From assembly GCA_963826355.1 (NCBI GenBank), contig CAWGWX010000015.1, positions 1,400 through 65,399 on the forward strand: a DNA stretch of 64,000 nucleotides. The letters are read 5' to 3'. The stretch comes from Nitrospirota bacterium (GTDB lineage: Bacteria; Nitrospirota; Thermodesulfovibrionia; Thermodesulfovibrionales; SM23-35). The notes under the pieces are model-generated. The model did not search any database. It was not told where the DNA came from and saw only the letters and a program-made list of their open reading frames with translations. Shown here one piece after another: positions 8,142 through 18,429 of the stretch; the stretch's first letter is position 1; the number at the start of each line of letters is the position of its first letter. Made by a program: the position numbers and the translations under genes.

Positions 8142-10145
8142 ATGGAAAAAGAAACCTGTACATTTTCATATTGTGCAAAACCTGAAGTTACCGAGGTAGA
8201 TTGCGACCTTCTCATAATGGGCGGTGGTATGGCTGGTTGCGGTGCAGCCTTTGAGGCATGCCGCTGGGCAAACGCGAAAAAACTGAAGGTTGTCATGGTT
8301 GATAAGGCCGCAACCGACAGAAGCGGTGCCGTCGCAATGGGTCTCTCCGCTATTAATACTTATGTTGGTGAAAATAAAGTCACTGATTACGTGAAATACG
8401 TAAGGAACGACCTCATGGGCATCATCAGGGAAGACCTCGTATACGACCTCGGAAGACACGTTGACGATTCAGTCGAATGTTTCGAAGAGTGGGGACTCCC
8501 CATCTGGAAAAAAGGCGATGACGGTTTCTCAATGGACGGTCATCAGGCGAAAGCAGCCGGGAAAAAAGCTCTGAAGGACGGCGGCACACCGGTAAGAACC
8601 GGTAAATGGCAGATCATGATCAATGGTGAGTCCTACAAAGTCATTGTTGCTGAGGCTGCAAAGAAGGCCCTTGAGACGAACAGAGCTGCGACCGGTATGG
8701 CACAGAACCATTATGAAAGGGTATTCATCGTAAAGGCTGTAATGGATACAAACGGGAAAAACGTAGCAGCAGCCATCGGATTCAGCGTGAGAGAAAACAG
8801 GATTTATTCCTTCAAAGCAAAGGCAATGCTCTGTGCAACTGCTGGAGCAGTTAATTGCTACAGACCGAGGTCGGTCGGTGAAGGTTTGGGAAGAACCTGG
8901 TACCCGGTGTTTTGCTCTGGTTCAGGGTATGCCTTTGGCATGCAGGCTGGTGCAGAGCTGACCTTAATGGAGAACAGGTTCGTCCCTGCAAGGTTCAAAG
9001 ACGGTTATGGACCTGTCGGCGCATGGTTCCTCTTCTTCAAGGCAAAAGCAACTGACAGCTATGGTAACGACTATTGTGCTGACAAAGAGTATTTTGACGA
9101 TGCAGTTGCCAGATATGGAGACTATGCAAAGAATCTCGGCACTGCCATCAGAAACCACCTGATGATGAGGGCTATGAAAGATGGGAGAGGACCGATCCTT
9201 ATGCAGACCCCTGCAGCGCTGGAAATAATCTCCAAGACCATGAAAGAGAAGCTCGGTGAAAAAGAAGGTGCCAAGCAGATCAAGCACCTTGAAGCAGAGG
9301 CATGGGAGGACTTCCTCGACATGGCTATCGGACAGGCATCTCTCTGGGCAGCAAGGAATATTGAGCCTGATAAGGTTGCTTCCGAGATCATGCCTACAGA
9401 GCCGTATCTCCTTGGTTCACACGCAGGCTGCGCAGGGTTCTGGGTAAGCGGCCCTGGCGATCTTCCAGGCACACCGGAACATTATTCCTGGGGTTACAAC
9501 AGGATGTCTACCGTACCCGGTCTCTTCATGTCAGGTGACGTTGTCGGTGCATCAGGCCATAAGTTCTCATCAGGTTCCCATGCTGAAGGAAGAATGGCAG
9601 CCAAGGCTGCAATAGCATACGTCCTCGACCATGCAGACTACAAGCCATCACCAAAATTGTCCCTTGATGAGATTGCGGCTGAACTCTATCTGCCGTTCGA
9701 GGTCTATGAGAAATATAAAACCTACACAACAGATCCCGGGATCAACCCTAATTACATTGGTCCAAAAGCACTCCAGGCACGACTCATGAAGATTGCTGAC
9801 GAGTACTTCGGCGGTTGCAGTACCTGGTATATGACCTCAAAGACCATGCTCGATGAAGGTCTCAAGCTGCTTGATATGCTCAAAGAGGATTGCAACAAAA
9901 TGGCAGCAGCCAACCTCCATGAGCTCTTAAGGTGCTTTGAGAACTATCACAGGATTCTGTCTGTTGAGGCACATGCACGGCACATCCTCTTCAGAGAGGA
10001 GTCCAGGTACCCCGGCTACTACTACAGAGGTGATTTCAACAAGATCGATGACACTAACTGGAAGTGCTTCACAAATTCCAAGTACAATGCAGAAAAAAAC
10101 ACCTGGGAGTTTAAGAAAGTACCATACGTTCAGATGTACCCATAG
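8142..10145 (+). CDS. aprA: adenylylsulfate (APS) reductase, alpha subunit (flavoprotein)
   Basis: 667 aa. FAD-binding DLLIMGGGMAGCGAAFEA. Length and position after aprB fit. Confidence 0.96.
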   Translation: MEKETCTFSYCAKPEVTEVDCDLLIMGGGMAGCGAAFEACRWANAKKLKVVMVDKAATDRSGAVAMGLSAINTYVGENKVTDYVKYVRNDLMGIIREDLVYDLGRHVDDSVECFEEWGLPIWKKGDDGFSMDGHQAKAAGKKALKDGGTPVRTGKWQIMINGESYKVIVAEAAKKALETNRAATGMAQNHYERVFIVKAVMDTNGKNVAAAIGFSVRENRIYSFKAKAMLCATAGAVNCYRPRSVGEGLGRTWYPVFCSGSGYAFGMQAGAELTLMENRFVPARFKDGYGPVGAWFLFFKAKATDSYGNDYCADKEYFDDAVARYGDYAKNLGTAIRNHLMMRAMKDGRGPILMQTPAALEIISKTMKEKLGEKEGAKQIKHLEAEAWEDFLDMAIGQASLWAARNIEPDKVASEIMPTEPYLLGSHAGCAGFWVSGPGDLPGTPEHYSWGYNRMSTVPGLFMSGDVVGASGHKFSSGSHAEGRMAAKAAIAYVLDHADYKPSPKLSLDEIAAELYLPFEVYEKYKTYTTDPGINPNYIGPKALQARLMKIADEYFGGCSTWYMTSKTMLDEGLKLLDMLKEDCNKMAAANLHELLRCFENYHRILSVEAHARHILFREESRYPGYYYRGDFNKIDDTNWKCFTNSKYNAEKNTWEFKKVPYVQMYP

Positions 10146-10157
10146 TTGATATCGATT

Positions 10158-10188
10158 GGGGAGGGCTTTGCCCTCCCCTTTCTTTTTT
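10158..10188 (+). terminator. rho-independent terminator after aprA
   Basis: Stem ggggaggg / ccctcccc, loop ctttg, then tttctttttt. Confidence 0.8.
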
Positions 10189-10219
10189 AATTCTCAAGAA
10201 AGATTTTTATTGACAAGTG

Positions 10220-10228
10220 TGCTATAAT
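10220..10228 (+). promoter_or_regulatory. candidate extended -10 promoter (TGcTATAAT) for qmoABC
   Basis: tgctataat at 10220-10228, ~90 nt upstream of qmoA. No good -35. Pattern only. Confidence 0.35.
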
Positions 10229-10315
10229 TTCCCCGTTCAATTGGTAAGTTAAAAAAAGATGGTTATATTTTTATAACTATCTCTTTGTGACTTACTGCCT
10301 TTAAGGAGGGTTACT

Positions 10316-11575
10316 ATGGCAGCGAATAAAAAAGTTCTTGTTGTCGGGGGAGGTATGAGCGGACTCACTGCTGCGATCGAAACAGCAGAAGCAGGGATTG
10401 ACGCTTATATCGTTGAGAAGAACCCCTATCTTGGTGGAAGGGTGGCACAGATAAACAAATACTTCTGGAAACTCTGCCCCCCGAACTGTGGCCTCGAGAT
10501 ACAGTTCAAGAGAATTAAAAACAATCCCCGGATCACATTCCATACCCTTGCAGAGGTTGAGGACATCAAGGGGGAGGAAGGCAATTTTGATGTCACCGTT
10601 AAGTTGAACCCACGGTATGTGAATGACAAGTGTGTCGGCTGTGATGCCTGTGCGCAGGCATGTCCGTCTTACAGAGAGAATGAGTTTAATTTCGGTATGG
10701 ATAAGACAAAGGCTGCTTATCTCCCCTTTGAACAGGCATTCCCCTTCCAATATGTTATTGATAGTAAATACTGTTCTAAGGACTGCATGAAGGCATGTTT
10801 TGATGCATGCAAGTATAATGCGATTGACCTCGACATGAAACCTGAGAAGATAAATCTGAAGGTAGGTGCAGTAGTTTTGGCAACTGGTTGGAATCCCTAT
10901 GATATGAGCAAATTAGACATTCTGGGTTCCGGTAAGATAAAAAATGTCATCACCAATATGATGATGGAAAGGTTAGCATCACCGGGCGGCCCCACAAAGG
11001 GAAAGATTGTCAGGCCTTCAGATGGGAAAGAGATAAAGAACATTGCCTTTGTTCAGTGTGCAGGATCAAGGGATGAAAACCATCTGCCATATTGTTCCTC
11101 TATATGTTGCTTAGCCACATTAAAGCATGCCATGTATGTGAAGGAACAGTATCCTGAAGCAAAAATGCAAATATACTATATAGATATCAGAACCCCCGGA
11201 CTGTATGAACAGAGATTCTACTGGAAGATAAAGGATGATCCGAATGTAATCTTTACAAAGGGAAAGGTAGCAGGGATTACCGAAGAACCAGGTACAAATG
11301 ATGTCATTGTTGAAGTGGAAGATATCTATGGAGGAAGTAAAATCAAAGCCAAATTCGACATGGTTGTGCTCGCTACAGGGATGGAGTTATCAACGAAGGG
11401 GGCAAAAGTTGGGATTGATATTCCATATACACCTGATGGGCTTGTAGATGATGCCATTTTAAAGAAGGGGATATATGCAGTAGGAACAATGAAAAGCCCT
11501 GCTGATGTTGCAAGATCAGTTCAGGATGCGACCGGCGCTGCTATAAAAAGCATCCAGAGTGTGAATAGGAGGTAG
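10316..11575 (+). CDS. qmoA: quinone-interacting membrane-bound oxidoreductase complex subunit A (HdrA-like flavoprotein)
   Basis: 419 aa. VLVVGGGMSGLTAA FAD motif, CVGCDACAQACP Fe-S motif, HdrA-like CSSICC. Follows aprBA. Confidence 0.9.
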   Translation: MAANKKVLVVGGGMSGLTAAIETAEAGIDAYIVEKNPYLGGRVAQINKYFWKLCPPNCGLEIQFKRIKNNPRITFHTLAEVEDIKGEEGNFDVTVKLNPRYVNDKCVGCDACAQACPSYRENEFNFGMDKTKAAYLPFEQAFPFQYVIDSKYCSKDCMKACFDACKYNAIDLDMKPEKINLKVGAVVLATGWNPYDMSKLDILGSGKIKNVITNMMMERLASPGGPTKGKIVRPSDGKEIKNIAFVQCAGSRDENHLPYCSSICCLATLKHAMYVKEQYPEAKMQIYYIDIRTPGLYEQRFYWKIKDDPNVIFTKGKVAGITEEPGTNDVIVEVEDIYGGSKIKAKFDMVVLATGMELSTKGAKVGIDIPYTPDGLVDDAILKKGIYAVGTMKSPADVARSVQDATGAAIKSIQSVNRR

Positions 11576-11578
11576 GGA

Positions 11579-13807
11579 ATGGAAAAAAAGTTTGGTGTAT
11601 ATATCTGCAAGGGATGTGGGATTGGGGATTCTGTTGATATAGAAAAGCTTGCAAAAGCTGCAAAGACTGGGCCCATCAAAGAGGAGCAGATTAAAGCCCA
11701 CGATATTTTATGCAGCCCAGAAGGCCTTCAGTTAATAAAGAATGATATTAAGAAGGATGGAATTAATACCATAGTAATAGCAGCATGTTCTCCCCGGGTT
11801 AAATATGAGGAATTTGATTTTCCCGGCTGTATAACTGAGAGAGCCAATATAAGAGAATTTGTTGCATGGATGCAACCGCCGAAGACAGACGACACGCAGA
11901 GCTTAGCAGATGATTACGTCCTCATGAGTGTTATTAAAGCGCAGAAAGGTGATATGCCTGAACCTGCAATCCTCGAAAATCTCAGCAGCACCATATTAGT
12001 TATCGGTGGTGGTATAAGCGGTATGACAGCAGCTCTTGAATCTGCCAAAGCAGGATACCAGGTAGTACTTGTTGAAAAAGAACCCCAACTCGGAGGCTTT
12101 GCGAACAAATTATACAAGAAGGTTCCAACAAGGGATTTCAAGGAACCGATAATCGTTGATACGGATATCGATAAGGTCATAAAAGAAGTTGAAAGTCATC
12201 CGAACATCAAAGTATATAAATCGTCAAAGGTTGCAAAAACAGAAGGACAGCCAGGGTTATATGATGTGACAATATCAATAAATGGAAGTCCTGAGACGGT
12301 GAAGATCGGGGCGATTGTCATGGCTACAGGCTGGATACCTTATGATGCAACAAAGCTTGGCCATCTTGGATATGGAAAATACAAAGACGTTGTGACGAAT
12401 ATTGAATTTGAAGAGATAGCGAGAAAGGGAGTTATTGCAAGACCGTCTGATGGGAAAGATGTGACAAAGGTAGCCTTTATTCAGTGTGCTGGCCAGAGAG
12501 ATCCGAATCATCTTCCCTATTGCTCTTCTATGTGTTGTGCAACATCGCTGAAACAGGCAAGGTATGTACGACAGAATTCTGAAGCTTTGGCCATGATACT
12601 ATACAAAGACATCAGGACTCCGGGAAGGCTTGAAGCATTTTACAGGGAAGCCCAGAACGACCCGGGAGTGATGCTGACAAAGGGTGAAGTGACAGGTGTT
12701 TCAGATGCAGGGAATGGGAATCTCTATGTTCAAATGGAGAAAACCTTTTTAGGTGAAAAGATAAAGGTCGAGGCTGATCTTGTTGTCCTTGCAACGGGGA
12801 TGGTGCCTACCACACGGGGCCCGCAGGAGTATCTTGATGGATTAACTCTGGCTGCTGCTAAAGGGGATGATGCCAAGAAGGCATATGTAGAAACAACTCC
12901 TAAACCCGAGTTCATATTAAACCTTGATTATAGACAGGGTCCTGAACTTCCATCCCTTGAAGGGGCAGTCGGTTTCGCTGACTCAAACTTTATCTGTTTC
13001 CAGTATGAAACAAGAAGAACCGGTGTCTATGCTGCTGGCCCTGTAAGACAGCCAATGAATATGACAGAGGCTCAGGAGGATGCAGCAGGTGCTGCCTTTA
13101 AGGCGATACAATGTATTGATCATGTTGCAAAAGGTATGGCAGTTCATCCAAGGGCATGGGATCTAACATTCCCTGATCCGCAACTCATCAGGTGCACAGC
13201 CTGTAAAAGATGTACAGAAGAATGTCCCTTTGGTGCCATTGAAGAAGATGCTAAAGGTATTCCCACATATATGCTCAATAGGTGTAGACGGTGTGGTACC
13301 TGTATGGGTGCATGTCCTGAAAGGATAGTATCATTCAAAGACTATAGTGTTGACATTATAGGGTCAATGATCAAGTCTGTCGATGTCCCGGAGGAGGAGT
13401 TCAGGATCATATGCCTGGTCTGTGAAAACGATGCTTATCCTGCCCTGGACACAGCAGGGTTTAATCGGAAGACCATAGACCCGAGTGTTCGTTTTATCCC
13501 TATGAGATGCCTTGGTGGTATTAACCTCGTATGGATAGCTGATGCCTTCTCAAAGGGCATAGATGGTTTTCTCCTCCTTGGCTGTAAGTTCGGAGAGAAC
13601 TACCAGTGTCATTTCATAAAAGGAAGTGAACTTGCAAGTGTAAGGTTCGAAAAGATCGGGGAGACACTGAATAGATTACAGCTCGAGGCAGACAGGGTTA
13701 ACATGATGCAGGTGGCTATTTCCGAATATGACAAGCTTCCGGATATGATAAATGCCTTTGTTGAAAGGGTTAAGGAAATAGGGCATAATCCGTTCAAGGA
13801 ATTTTAA
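11579..13807 (+). CDS. qmoB: Qmo complex subunit B (HdrA-like with MvhD-like C-terminal domain)
   Basis: 742 aa. ILVIGGGISGMTAA, CSSMCC, CTACKRCTEECP and CRRCGTCMGACP ferredoxin motifs. Confidence 0.9.
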   Translation: MEKKFGVYICKGCGIGDSVDIEKLAKAAKTGPIKEEQIKAHDILCSPEGLQLIKNDIKKDGINTIVIAACSPRVKYEEFDFPGCITERANIREFVAWMQPPKTDDTQSLADDYVLMSVIKAQKGDMPEPAILENLSSTILVIGGGISGMTAALESAKAGYQVVLVEKEPQLGGFANKLYKKVPTRDFKEPIIVDTDIDKVIKEVESHPNIKVYKSSKVAKTEGQPGLYDVTISINGSPETVKIGAIVMATGWIPYDATKLGHLGYGKYKDVVTNIEFEEIARKGVIARPSDGKDVTKVAFIQCAGQRDPNHLPYCSSMCCATSLKQARYVRQNSEALAMILYKDIRTPGRLEAFYREAQNDPGVMLTKGEVTGVSDAGNGNLYVQMEKTFLGEKIKVEADLVVLATGMVPTTRGPQEYLDGLTLAAAKGDDAKKAYVETTPKPEFILNLDYRQGPELPSLEGAVGFADSNFICFQYETRRTGVYAAGPVRQPMNMTEAQEDAAGAAFKAIQCIDHVAKGMAVHPRAWDLTFPDPQLIRCTACKRCTEECPFGAIEEDAKGIPTYMLNRCRRCGTCMGACPERIVSFKDYSVDIIGSMIKSVDVPEEEFRIICLVCENDAYPALDTAGFNRKTIDPSVRFIPMRCLGGINLVWIADAFSKGIDGFLLLGCKFGENYQCHFIKGSELASVRFEKIGETLNRLQLEADRVNMMQVAISEYDKLPDMINAFVERVKEIGHNPFKEF

Positions 13808-13844
13808 CATAGAATTTGTCTACGACCTTTAAGGGAGGGTATAT

Positions 13845-15086
13845 ATGGAACAAGAGAAAGTCCCATCACCTGAAACAAAGGTAGAATCCGGCACAGCTCC
13901 AGCATCTGAAGTAAAGAAAGACGATACTCCTATAATTTCACCTGATCTGCAATTTGTCAATGAGATCCTTAAAGCTGGAGGAGAGTCATTAAAAAAGTGT
14001 TATCAGTGTGCAACTTGTTCTGTTGTGTGTAATTTAACCCAAAATGAAAAGCCATTCCCGAGAAAAGAAATGATACACGCACAATGGGGGTTGAAGGATA
14101 AGCTTTTTGGCAATCCGGATATCTGGCTCTGTCATCAGTGTAGTGACTGTACTGCTTATTGCCCTCGGGGGGCAAAGCCCGGAGAAGTCCTCAATGCAGT
14201 AAGAAAGTTATCTATCGAAAATTATTCAGTTCCCCGGTTTTTAGGAAAGGCTCTGGGAAGCCCTGGTGCTCTTGTTCCCCTCCTTGCAATACCTGCCGTT
14301 ATCTTTTTTCTTATTCTTGCATCTCTCGGTCATTTGAATTTTGCAAACATTCCACGGAATGAGCTTGGTCAAATTTCTTATGCAAAGTTTTTACCTTCTG
14401 AGTACATTGACAGTGTTTTTGTACCGATAGCTCTCTTCGCAGTTATTTCATTGGCCATAGGGGTTTTCAGATACTGGAAAGATATGGAGCGAGCAGCAGG
14501 CTCAGTTCCTAAAGGTAATATTTTAAGCACTGTTGTCGCAACCGTGCTGGAGATACTGAATCATACACGTTTTGAAAAATGTAATGTAACGAAAGATCGA
14601 AAGATAGCACACTTTTTAGTATTTTACAGCTTTATCGGTCTTGCCATTACGACAGCATGGGCAGTCGCCTATCTCTATGGACCCAAAATTATGCACTTAA
14701 TGGGAAAAGAACCATTTAGTTGGATGCTTGGTGAATCCCCCTACCCATTAACCGATCCTGTGAAATGGCTTGCTAATGCGAGTGCATTGAGTTTGCTCAT
14801 TGGTATTTCATTGGTTATCAGAAACAGATTGAAAAATAAGGAAAAGGTCGGTTACGGAGGGTATTATGACTGGCTTTTCATATACATTGTCTTTGCAATC
14901 ATGGCTACGGGGATACTTTCTGAGTTGGTTAGATTGGCTGACATCGCTGTTCTGGCTTATTCGATATATTTTGTACACCTCGCTGTTGTCTTTTTCCTTT
15001 TTGCATACGCACCATTTTCAAAGATGGCACATATGGTCTACAGAACAACAGCCATGGTCTTTGCAAAGCATGTAGAGAGAGATTGA
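13845..15086 (+). CDS. qmoC: Qmo complex subunit C (HdrC-like Fe-S domain fused to HdrE-like membrane cytochrome b domain)
   Basis: 413 aa. CYQCATCSVVC and CHQCSDCTAYCP, followed by about 6 TM helices. Confidence 0.88.
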   Translation: MEQEKVPSPETKVESGTAPASEVKKDDTPIISPDLQFVNEILKAGGESLKKCYQCATCSVVCNLTQNEKPFPRKEMIHAQWGLKDKLFGNPDIWLCHQCSDCTAYCPRGAKPGEVLNAVRKLSIENYSVPRFLGKALGSPGALVPLLAIPAVIFFLILASLGHLNFANIPRNELGQISYAKFLPSEYIDSVFVPIALFAVISLAIGVFRYWKDMERAAGSVPKGNILSTVVATVLEILNHTRFEKCNVTKDRKIAHFLVFYSFIGLAITTAWAVAYLYGPKIMHLMGKEPFSWMLGESPYPLTDPVKWLANASALSLLIGISLVIRNRLKNKEKVGYGGYYDWLFIYIVFAIMATGILSELVRLADIAVLAYSIYFVHLAVVFFLFAYAPFSKMAHMVYRTTAMVFAKHVERD

Positions 15087-15182
15087 AGTAATATCCAAGG
15101 CAGGCTAAAATGATTGCATACAACAAGAGGCCTAGCCGCAAATGTAAAAATAAAAAAGGGGGTGAAAGAGGGCAGTACCATT

Positions 15183-15216
15183 TATTCTTAATCTTCAGGT
15201 ATTCTTAATCTTCAGG
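15183..15216 (+). repeat. perfect 17-bp tandem duplication (tattcttaatcttcagg x2) just upstream of the hppA SD
   Basis: Read directly: 15183-15199 is identical to 15200-15216. Confidence 0.9.
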
Positions 15217-15242
15217 GATAAACAACTCAAAAGGAGGGGAAG

Positions 15243-17327
15243 ATGAGTGGAACCATTTTATTTGGTTTAATCTGCGGTGTAGTAGGTGTTTTATATGCGC
15301 TGATAACCGCAGCATGGGTATCCAAGCAGGATGCCGGGAGTGATCGTATGCAGCAGATCGCAAATGCTGTGAAAGAAGGCGCCGTCGCTTTTCTTGCTCG
15401 TGAATATAAGACAGTCGCTATGGTGGGTGTTGTAATTGCTGTATTATTGTTTTTCCTGGGCCCATGGACAGCAATTGGTTTTGTAATCGGGGCAGTTGGT
15501 TCTGCACTTGCCGGATATATAGGCATGATGGTTTCTGTAAGGGCTAATGTCCGCACCTGTCAGGCTGCATACAAGGGGCTTAAGGCTGCACTCGGCCTTG
15601 CATTCAAGGGCGGTTCGGTCACAGGCGTTATGGTCGTTGGTCTCGGTATTATCGGCTTAGCCGGTTATTACTTTATCGCAAAATCATATGCAGGTGAAAA
15701 TGCATTCCATGCACTTATAGGGCTTGGTTTTGGATGCTCTCTCATGAGTGTTTTTGCACGTATTGCAGGTGGTATCTACACAAAGGCTGCTGACGTTGGC
15801 GCAGACCTCGTTGGTAAGGTTGAGGCAGGAATACCGGAAGATGACCCAAGAAATCCCGCCGTTATCGCAGACAACGTTGGCGACAACGTCGGCGACTGTG
15901 CAGGAATGGCAGCCGACCTTTATGAGACATACACGGTTACGCTCGTTGCAGCAATGCTCCTTGCAAAGACGGTTTTCGGAGCTGACAGCGCATGGGTGGA
16001 ATTCCCGATGCTCCTCGGCGGAATATCGATCATTGCTTCCATTATTGGGACATTTGCAGTAAGGCTCGGTAAAAGCCAGTATATCATGGGCGCCCTCTAT
16101 AAGGGGCTTGCCGTTGCAGGCGGTCTTGCGGCAATAACATTTTATTTCGTGACAGGCAAGTTCCTGAAAGACGCATCAGTACAGGCTTCACTGATTGGTC
16201 ATCCGTCATTTACACAGATGAACGTTTTTCTCATGGCAGTTATCGGCCTCGCATTGACAGGCCTGATCGTGGTTATAACTGAGTACTTCACTGCTGGGAA
16301 GTATCCCCCGGTGAAACACATTGCAAAGGCCAGCCTGACCGGTCACGGCACAAACGTGATCGCCGGCCTCGCGGTCAGCATGAAGTCAACCGCAGCGCCT
16401 GTTATCGTTATCGTTTCCTCAATTCTGGGCGCTTATGCATTAGGCGGCGGATTTAATGGCGATGCAGCGGGCGGTCTTTTTGCTATCGCCCTGTCAGCGG
16501 TTTCGATGCTTTCCATGACAGGTATCGTTGTTGCGATTGACTCGTATGGTCCTATTACGGATAACGCTGGAGGTTGCGCTGAGATGGCAGGACTGCCTAA
16601 GGAGATTCGTGAGATAACAGACCCGCTCGATGCAGTTGGAAACACAACAAAGGCAGTTACAAAGGGTTATGCAATCGGATCAGCAGGTCTCTGTGCTTTG
16701 GTTCTGTTTGCAGAGTATTCGAGATCCTTTGGAATGGACCTAAAATTTGACCTTTCAAACCCGATGGTTCTGGCAGGTCTGTTTATTGGTGGATTACTTC
16801 CATACTATTACGGTTCACTCCTGATGGAAGCGGTTGGAAAGGCAGCCGGCAGCATTGTTGAGGAAGTCAGAAGACAGTTCAGGGAGATAAAAGGAATTAT
16901 GGAAGGCACAGGGAAGCCAGAGTACGGCAAGTGTGTTGATATCGTTACAAAGTCAGCAATAAGACAGATGATGCTTCCTGCCCTTATCCCTGTTGTCGTA
17001 CCGATAGCGGTCGGATTAACTTTAGGCAGGGAGGCACTGGGTGGAGTCCTTATCGGAAGCATCATAACAGGACTATTCCAGGCGATAGCAATGACAAGCG
17101 GCGGCGGCGCATGGGACAACGCCAAGAAATCCTTTGAAGATGGCGTTACCGACGACAAAGGCGTCGTGCACAAGAAGGGGAGCGATGGACATAAAGCCTC
17201 TGTCACAGGCGACACAGTCGGCGACCCATATAAGGACACAGCAGGCCCAGCAATTAACCCGATGATTAAGGTTATTAACATCGTTGCATTGCTGATCGTT
17301 CCTATTCTAATAAAGTACGGAAGATAA
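15243..17327 (+). CDS. hppA: membrane-bound proton-translocating pyrophosphatase (K+-independent type)
   Basis: 694 aa with ~16 [39 protein letters not shown] (Lys rather than Ala) marks the K+-independent class. Confidence 0.97.
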   Translation: MSGTILFGLICGVVGVLYALITAAWVSKQDAGSDRMQQIANAVKEGAVAFLAREYKTVAMVGVVIAVLLFFLGPWTAIGFVIGAVGSALAGYIGMMVSVRANVRTCQAAYKGLKAALGLAFKGGSVTGVMVVGLGIIGLAGYYFIAKSYAGENAFHALIGLGFGCSLMSVFARIAGGIYTKAADVGADLVGKVEAGIPEDDPRNPAVIADNVGDNVGDCAGMAADLYETYTVTLVAAMLLAKTVFGADSAWVEFPMLLGGISIIASIIGTFAVRLGKSQYIMGALYKGLAVAGGLAAITFYFVTGKFLKDASVQASLIGHPSFTQMNVFLMAVIGLALTGLIVVITEYFTAGKYPPVKHIAKASLTGHGTNVIAGLAVSMKSTAAPVIVIVSSILGAYALGGGFNGDAAGGLFAIALSAVSMLSMTGIVVAIDSYGPITDNAGGCAEMAGLPKEIREITDPLDAVGNTTKAVTKGYAIGSAGLCALVLFAEYSRSFGMDLKFDLSNPMVLAGLFIGGLLPYYYGSLLMEAVGKAAGSIVEEVRRQFREIKGIMEGTGKPEYGKCVDIVTKSAIRQMMLPALIPVVVPIAVGLTLGREALGGVLIGSIITGLFQAIAMTSGGGAWDNAKKSFEDGVTDDKGVVHKKGSDGHKASVTGDTVGDPYKDTAGPAINPMIKVINIVALLIVPILIKYGR

Positions 17328-17344
17328 TATAAATTATCTTAAAA

Positions 17345-17379
17345 AGGCCGACAGAGACTTCTGTCGGCCTTTTTATTTT
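17345..17379 (+). terminator. rho-independent terminator after hppA
   Basis: Perfect 10-bp stem aggccgacag / ctgtcggcct, loop agactt, then a T-tract. Confidence 0.9.
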
Positions 17380-17407
17380 AAGACTTACAAAAAAGGATTG
17401 AATTAAG

Positions 17408-18205
17408 ATGCCATTACCAAGTATGAAAGATGTAGAACCAACAAAATTTTCCCTGAATTCCAGATTTAAGTTCAGATGCCACAAAGGGATTAAGTGTTTC
17501 ACGAAGTGTTGCAGTAATATCAATATTCTGCTCACGCCGTATGATATTGTGAGGATGAAAAAAAGACTTAGTATGTCCTCTGAAGAATTCCTCGAGAAAT
17601 ATACTTTTATGGAAATTGATGATAAGTCTACACACCCTCTCGTAAGGCTGAAAATGCTGGATGATAACGAAAAGAAATGTCCCTTTGTTACACCGGAAGG
17701 TTGCACGATCTATCCAGATCGCCCTGCAAATTGCCGTTATTACCCTATTGGTCAGGGTACAATGAGGAAAGGGACAGATGAAGGGCCAGTCAATGAGGAG
17801 TTTTATTTCTTTATTAGAGAACCACATTGTCTCGGATATCAGGAAGATACCGAGTGGACAATACAGTCATGGAGAGATGACCAGGGGGTAAGCCTCTATG
17901 ATGAAATGAACAGAGAGTGGAAGGAGGTTCAATTAAGGAGAAGTCCTTTTGCTAAAGAACTTGATAGTAATAAACAAGCCCAGATCTATACAGCAAGCTA
18001 TGATATGGACAGATTCAGGAGATTTGTATTCGAGAGCAGGTTTCTTGAAGTCTTTGATATTGATAAGGAAGAGATAGAGAAGATAAAAACTGACGAGATT
18101 GCATTGATGAAGTTAGGGTTTAAATATATAAAATATCTTTTAATGCTTGAAGAAACCTTGAAGGTGAGGAAGAAGCATCTAAGGACTGAAAAGAATGATA
18201 AATAA
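17408..18205 (+). CDS. YkgJ-family (UPF0153-like) cysteine-cluster protein
   Basis: 265 aa. CHKGIKCFTKCC ... CPF...GCTIYPDRPANCRYYP pattern. Confidence 0.6.
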   Translation: MPLPSMKDVEPTKFSLNSRFKFRCHKGIKCFTKCCSNINILLTPYDIVRMKKRLSMSSEEFLEKYTFMEIDDKSTHPLVRLKMLDDNEKKCPFVTPEGCTIYPDRPANCRYYPIGQGTMRKGTDEGPVNEEFYFFIREPHCLGYQEDTEWTIQSWRDDQGVSLYDEMNREWKEVQLRRSPFAKELDSNKQAQIYTASYDMDRFRRFVFESRFLEVFDIDKEEIEKIKTDEIALMKLGFKYIKYLLMLEETLKVRKKHLRTEKNDK

Positions 18206-18429
18206 ATTTGGAAGGCAGGTAACTTGCCTCGAAAACTTTACAAAGCGATAATTTATTTTAAAATGTCTTATTTCACTATTGATGATTACTGTTATGTTTC
18301 AACCGTCTTTAAATGTGGTTAGCCAAGACTTCAAGGTATCGCTGGTAAAGTTTTTTCGTCAAATCTACCTGCCTTAATCAACAAATTTATAAAACTGATT
18401 AGAGGTTTATTTCGGTAAGGAGGTTTTTC

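Noticed and set aside
16808-17281. 157-aa minus-strand ORF inside hppA. Similar antisense ORFs occur at 15227-15556, 16433-16645, 36779-37303, 37171-37659, 47294-47884 and 44412-44723.
   Set aside because: They lie wholly antisense to strongly conserved genes, have low-complexity Ser/Pro/Ala-rich translations and lack an SD. They are shadow ORFs.
18206-18429. Possible ZTP (pfl) or purine riboswitch in the 224-nt leader of purH.
   Set aside because: I looked for the conserved ZTP cores as I remember them (GGGUCGUGAC-like and CCGCCUGGGC-like) and did not find them. Only a weak hairpin is present at 18217-18232. A covariance-model scan would be needed to be certain.
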